Positions 60,809 through 64,000 of a stretch of 64,000 nt of DNA are shown piece after piece. The position numbers were made by a program, and so were the translations under genes. The notes under the pieces were generated by a model that was not told the DNA's origin, did not search any database, and saw only the letters and a list, made by a program, of their open reading frames with translations. The DNA lies in the NCBI RefSeq assembly GCF_044647545.1, contig NZ_CP172818.1. One strand, 5' to 3'. The DNA comes from Escherichia coli (GTDB taxonomy: Bacteria > Pseudomonadota > Gammaproteobacteria > Enterobacterales > Enterobacteriaceae). The first letter of the stretch is position 1; every line of letters starts with the position of its first letter.

Positions 60809-62023
60809 TTAATGATGAGCCCATTCGATGCTGTTCAGATCCACGCCCTGCTTGTACATTTCCCACAGCGGAGAAAGGTCACGCAGACGACCGATGGATT
60901 TACGAACTAACTCGATGGTGTAGTCGATCTCTTCTTCAGTAGTAAAACGACCTAAAGAGAAACGGATAGAGCTATGTGCCAGCTCGTCGTTCAGCCCCAG
61001 CGCGCGCAGCACGTAGGACGGTTCGAGGCTTGCTGACGTACAGGCGGAACCTGAAGAAACCGCGAGGTCTTTCAGCGCCATAATCAGCGACTCACCTTCA
61101 ACGTAGTTGAAGCTGACGTTGAGAATGTTCGGCGCACCGTGTTCCAGGTCACCGTTCAGGTAAACTTCTTCGATATCTTTGATGCCGTTCCACAGACGGT
61201 TACGCAGGCCGCGCAGACGTTCCATCTCGGTCGCCATCTCTTCTTTTGCGATGCGATAGGCTTCGCCCATACCAACGATCTGGTGAACAGGCAGAGTGCC
61301 GGAACGCATACCGCGCTCGTGACCGCCGCCGTGCATTTGCGCTTCGATGCGTACGCGCGGTTTACGACGCACATACAGCGCACCGATACCTTTCGGGCCA
61401 TAGATTTTGTGACCGGAGAATGACATCAGGTCAACTTTCAACTGGCTCAGGTCGATAGGCAGTTTGCCCACGCTCTGGGTTGCATCAACGTGATAGATAA
61501 TGCCACGAGCACGGCACATTTCGCCGATAGCCGCGATATCCTGCACCACGCCGATTTCGTTATTCACGTGCATGATAGAAACGAGGATGGTGTCGTCACG
61601 CATCGCTGCTTCCAGTTCTTTCAGGTCGATAATGCCGTTACGCTGCGGTGCCAGGTAGGTGACTTCGAAACCTTCGCGCTCCAGCTGACGGCAGGTATCC
61701 AGTACCGCTTTGTGTTCGGTTTTACTGGTGATGATGTGCTTGCCTTTTTTCTGATAAAAGTTGGCTGCACCTTTGATCGCCAGGTTGTCAGATTCGGTTG
61801 CACCAGAGGTAAAGACGATTTCACGCGGGTCAGCGCCGACCAGATCGGCAATCTGATTACGGGCGATATCAACCGCTTCTTCAGCCTGCCAGCCGAAACG
61901 GTGAGAACGGGAGGCCGGGTTACCAAAGGTTCCGTCCATCGTCATAAACTGCATCATTTTCTCGGCAACACGCGGGTCCACCGGCGTGGTTGCGGAGTAG
62001 TCGAGATAAATCGGTAATTTCAT
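60809..62023 (-). CDS. iscS: Cysteine desulfurase IscS
   Basis: 404 aa from ATG at 62023 ([16 protein letters not shown]...); PLP-Lys in [12 protein letters not shown]; active-site SSGSACTS. Confidence 0.95.
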
Positions 62024-62134
62024 TGCTCTATAAACTCCGTACATCACTCAATGCAAGGAACCAGGCTACCGGCTGGATGTACGACCGTGTTTACGGAGTG
62101 TTTAGCACTCCGGCCTGATTCTGAATTCTTTTTA

Positions 62135-62623
62135 TTAAGCGCGTAACTTAACGTCGATCGCGTCTTGTGTGCGGGTGCGTGGCGCGTCGTGAGTATGCTG
62201 ACGACCAGACACATCCAGCACTTCCTGGTTATTAACCAGTTCGCCTAAAGTAATGTTATTGAGAAAACCGGTAAGACGGTCGCTCAAATCACGCCACAGC
62301 GCGTGGGTCAGGCATTTATCGCCGCCCTGGCAGCCGCCTTTACCCTGACAACGGGTGGCATCTACAGATTCGTCAACGGCGCTAATCACTTCGCCAACGG
62401 CGATGCTGCTGGCATCTTTGCCTAACAGATAACCACCGCCTGGTCCACGTACGCTGGAAACCAGACCATTTTTACGCAGACGGGAAAACAGTTGTTCCAG
62501 ATAAGAAAGGGAAATTCCCTGACGTTCGGAAATATCAGCCAACGGTACCGGGCCCGCTTCAGAGTTGAGCGCAACGTCAAGCATTGCGGTCACGGCATAG
62601 CGCCCTTTAGATGTCAGTCTCAT
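62135..62623 (-). CDS. iscR: Rrf2-family [2Fe-2S] transcriptional regulator IscR
   Basis: 162 aa; N-terminal HTH; cluster ligands in [13 protein letters not shown]...H. Confidence 0.94.
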
Positions 62624-62732
62624 GTCTTACTTCACCTCAAACTCGCCCCTGCCCGGGGTTTTTTATTGTAAAAGTGGGGGTATTGCATAGCAGGGTCAAG
62701 TCTGACATTCCCGAGTAAATTGGTCAACTATT

Positions 62733-62756
62733 TACTTGACTGATTTAGTCGGGTAT
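62733..62756 (-). promoter_or_regulatory. Candidate IscR type-1 binding site in the iscR promoter
   Basis: Minus strand ATACCCGACTAAATCAGTCAAGTA fits ATAsyyGACTrwwwyAGTCrrsTAT; about 110-130 nt upstream of the iscR start. Confidence 0.5.
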
Positions 62757-62799
62757 TTAACCTTCAGTGCCATTTTTTTATCGTGGCGTTTGTACCTGT

Positions 62800-62873
62800 T
62801 GTCGGATGCGGTGTGAACACCTTATCCGACCTGGACCAAGCCTGATAAGACGCGTTAAGCATCGCATCAGGCA
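62800..62873. repeat. REP/BIME cluster (two palindromic units)
   Basis: gtcggatgcggtgtgaacaccttatccgac and gcctgataagacgcgttaagcatcgcatcaggc, classic REP units between trmJ and the iscR promoter. Confidence 0.75.
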
Positions 62874-62880
62874 ACCACTG

Positions 62881-63621
62881 TTATTCGGCCTTGTTACCTT
62901 TATTCTGCTGCTCAATAGAAGCCAGAATCCCGCGCAGGATATTCAATTCCTGGCTTTCCGGGCGTGCACGGGTAAACAGACGGCGCAATTTATTCATCAC
63001 CTGCCCCGGATGGTTTTCACGGATAAAACCGGTTGCCAGCAGCGTTTGCTCCAGATGACCATAAAAACGCTCCAGATCATCGACCAGCGGATACGGCGTC
63101 TCTTCATGCTCGACCTGCTCGCCATTTTCCTGAGTTGCCAGCCAGGCCATGCGCACTTCATAGGCAATAACCTGAACCGCCATCGCCAGGTTCAGCGAAC
63201 TGTATTCCGGGTTAGCCGCAATCGCGACATGATAATGGCATTTCTGCAGCTCTTCATTGGTCAAGCCGACGCGCTCGCGACCAAACACCAGCGCCACCGG
63301 GGTATTTGCCGCTTCAGCGACGCTTTTCAGACCGCATTCGCGCGGGTCGAGCATCGGCCACGGCAGCGTGCGAGAACGTGCGCTGGTGCCCACCACCAGG
63401 CTACAACCAGCCAACGCTTCGTCGAGCGTATCGACGATGTGCGCATTACCAATCACATCGCTGGCCCCTGCTGCCAGGGCAATCGCCTGGGAGTCGGGTT
63501 TCACCAGTGGATTAACCAGCCACAGATTGGTTAATCCCATTGTTTTCATGGCACGGGCAACAGAACCCATATTGCCGGTGTGTGACGTCTCCACCAGCAC
63601 AATTCGAATATTTTGCAGCAT
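62881..63621 (-). CDS. trmJ: tRNA (cytidine/uridine-2'-O)-methyltransferase TrmJ (SPOUT)
   Basis: 246 aa ([26 protein letters not shown]...). Confidence 0.93.
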
Positions 63622-63739
63622 TGTCTTTCTTCGTCTAAAGATTATTCGCGCATCTTATCATAAAACGAAGACAGATGCCGATCTCGCTGCTATACTCTGC
63701 GCCGTTTTCCCGTTCTTTAACATCCAGTGAGAGAGACCG

Positions 63740-64000
63740 ATGCATCCGATGCTGAACATCGCCGTGCGCGCAGCGCGCAAGGCGGGTAATTTAATTGCCA
63801 AAAACTATGAAACCCCGGACGCTGTAGAAGCGAGCCAGAAAGGCAGTAACGACTTCGTGACCAACGTAGATAAAGCTGCCGAAGCGGTGATTATCGACAC
63901 GATTCGTAAATCTTACCCACAGCACACCATCATCACCGAAGAAAGCGGTGAACTTGAAGGTACTGATCAGGATGTTCAATGGGTTATCGATCCACTGGAT
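63740..64000 (+). CDS. suhB: Inositol monophosphatase family protein SuhB, N-terminal part (continues past window end)
   Basis: ATG 63740: MHPMLNIAVRAARKAGNLIAKNYETPD...; no stop within window. Confidence 0.9.
   Translation, partial: MHPMLNIAVRAARKAGNLIAKNYETPDAVEASQKGSNDFVTNVDKAAEAVIIDTIRKSYPQHTIITEESGELEGTDQDVQWVIDPLD

Overview
This window is a contiguous stretch of enterobacterial core chromosome with the gene order of Escherichia coli K-12 around the hyf–gua–isc region; identification is from protein motifs and gene order read directly from the sequence, with no database search run. Content in order: dapA (5' part), gcvR, bcp, the 12-gene hydrogenase-4 locus hyfABCDEFGHIJR-focB behind a sigma-54 promoter, perM(yfgO), bepA(yfgC), yfgD, hda, uraA, upp, purMN, ppk-ppx, pdeF(yfgF), yfgG/H/I, guaBA, xseA, a frame-disrupted yfgJ-like ORF, der, bamB, yfgM, hisS, ispG, rodZ, rlmN, ndk, pbpC-yfhM, sseA, a ryfA-like sRNA/small-ORF locus, sseB, pepB, the complete iscRSUA-hscBA-fdx-iscX cluster, trmJ and the start of suhB. 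I see no CRISPR array, IS element, prophage, integron or obvious foreign island, and no strong candidate for an undescribed multi-gene system. The items most worth a second look are (1) the sseA–sseB intergenic region, which carries two tandem promoter-plus-leader units sharing a CCTTTCC anti-SD-like motif and two small hydrophobic ORFs (type-I toxin/sRNA-like); (2) two apparent frame disruptions only about 200 bp apart, at the 3' end of xseA and in the yfgJ-like ORF, which could be real lesions or assembly errors; and (3) regulatory elements readable in the sequence (sigma-54 promoter of hyf, PurR box, IscR site, candidate sigma-E promoter, attenuator, REP elements). Gene coordinates were refined from the supplied ORF track by choosing start codons that match the known N-termini and lengths as I remember them; starts are therefore less certain than stops.
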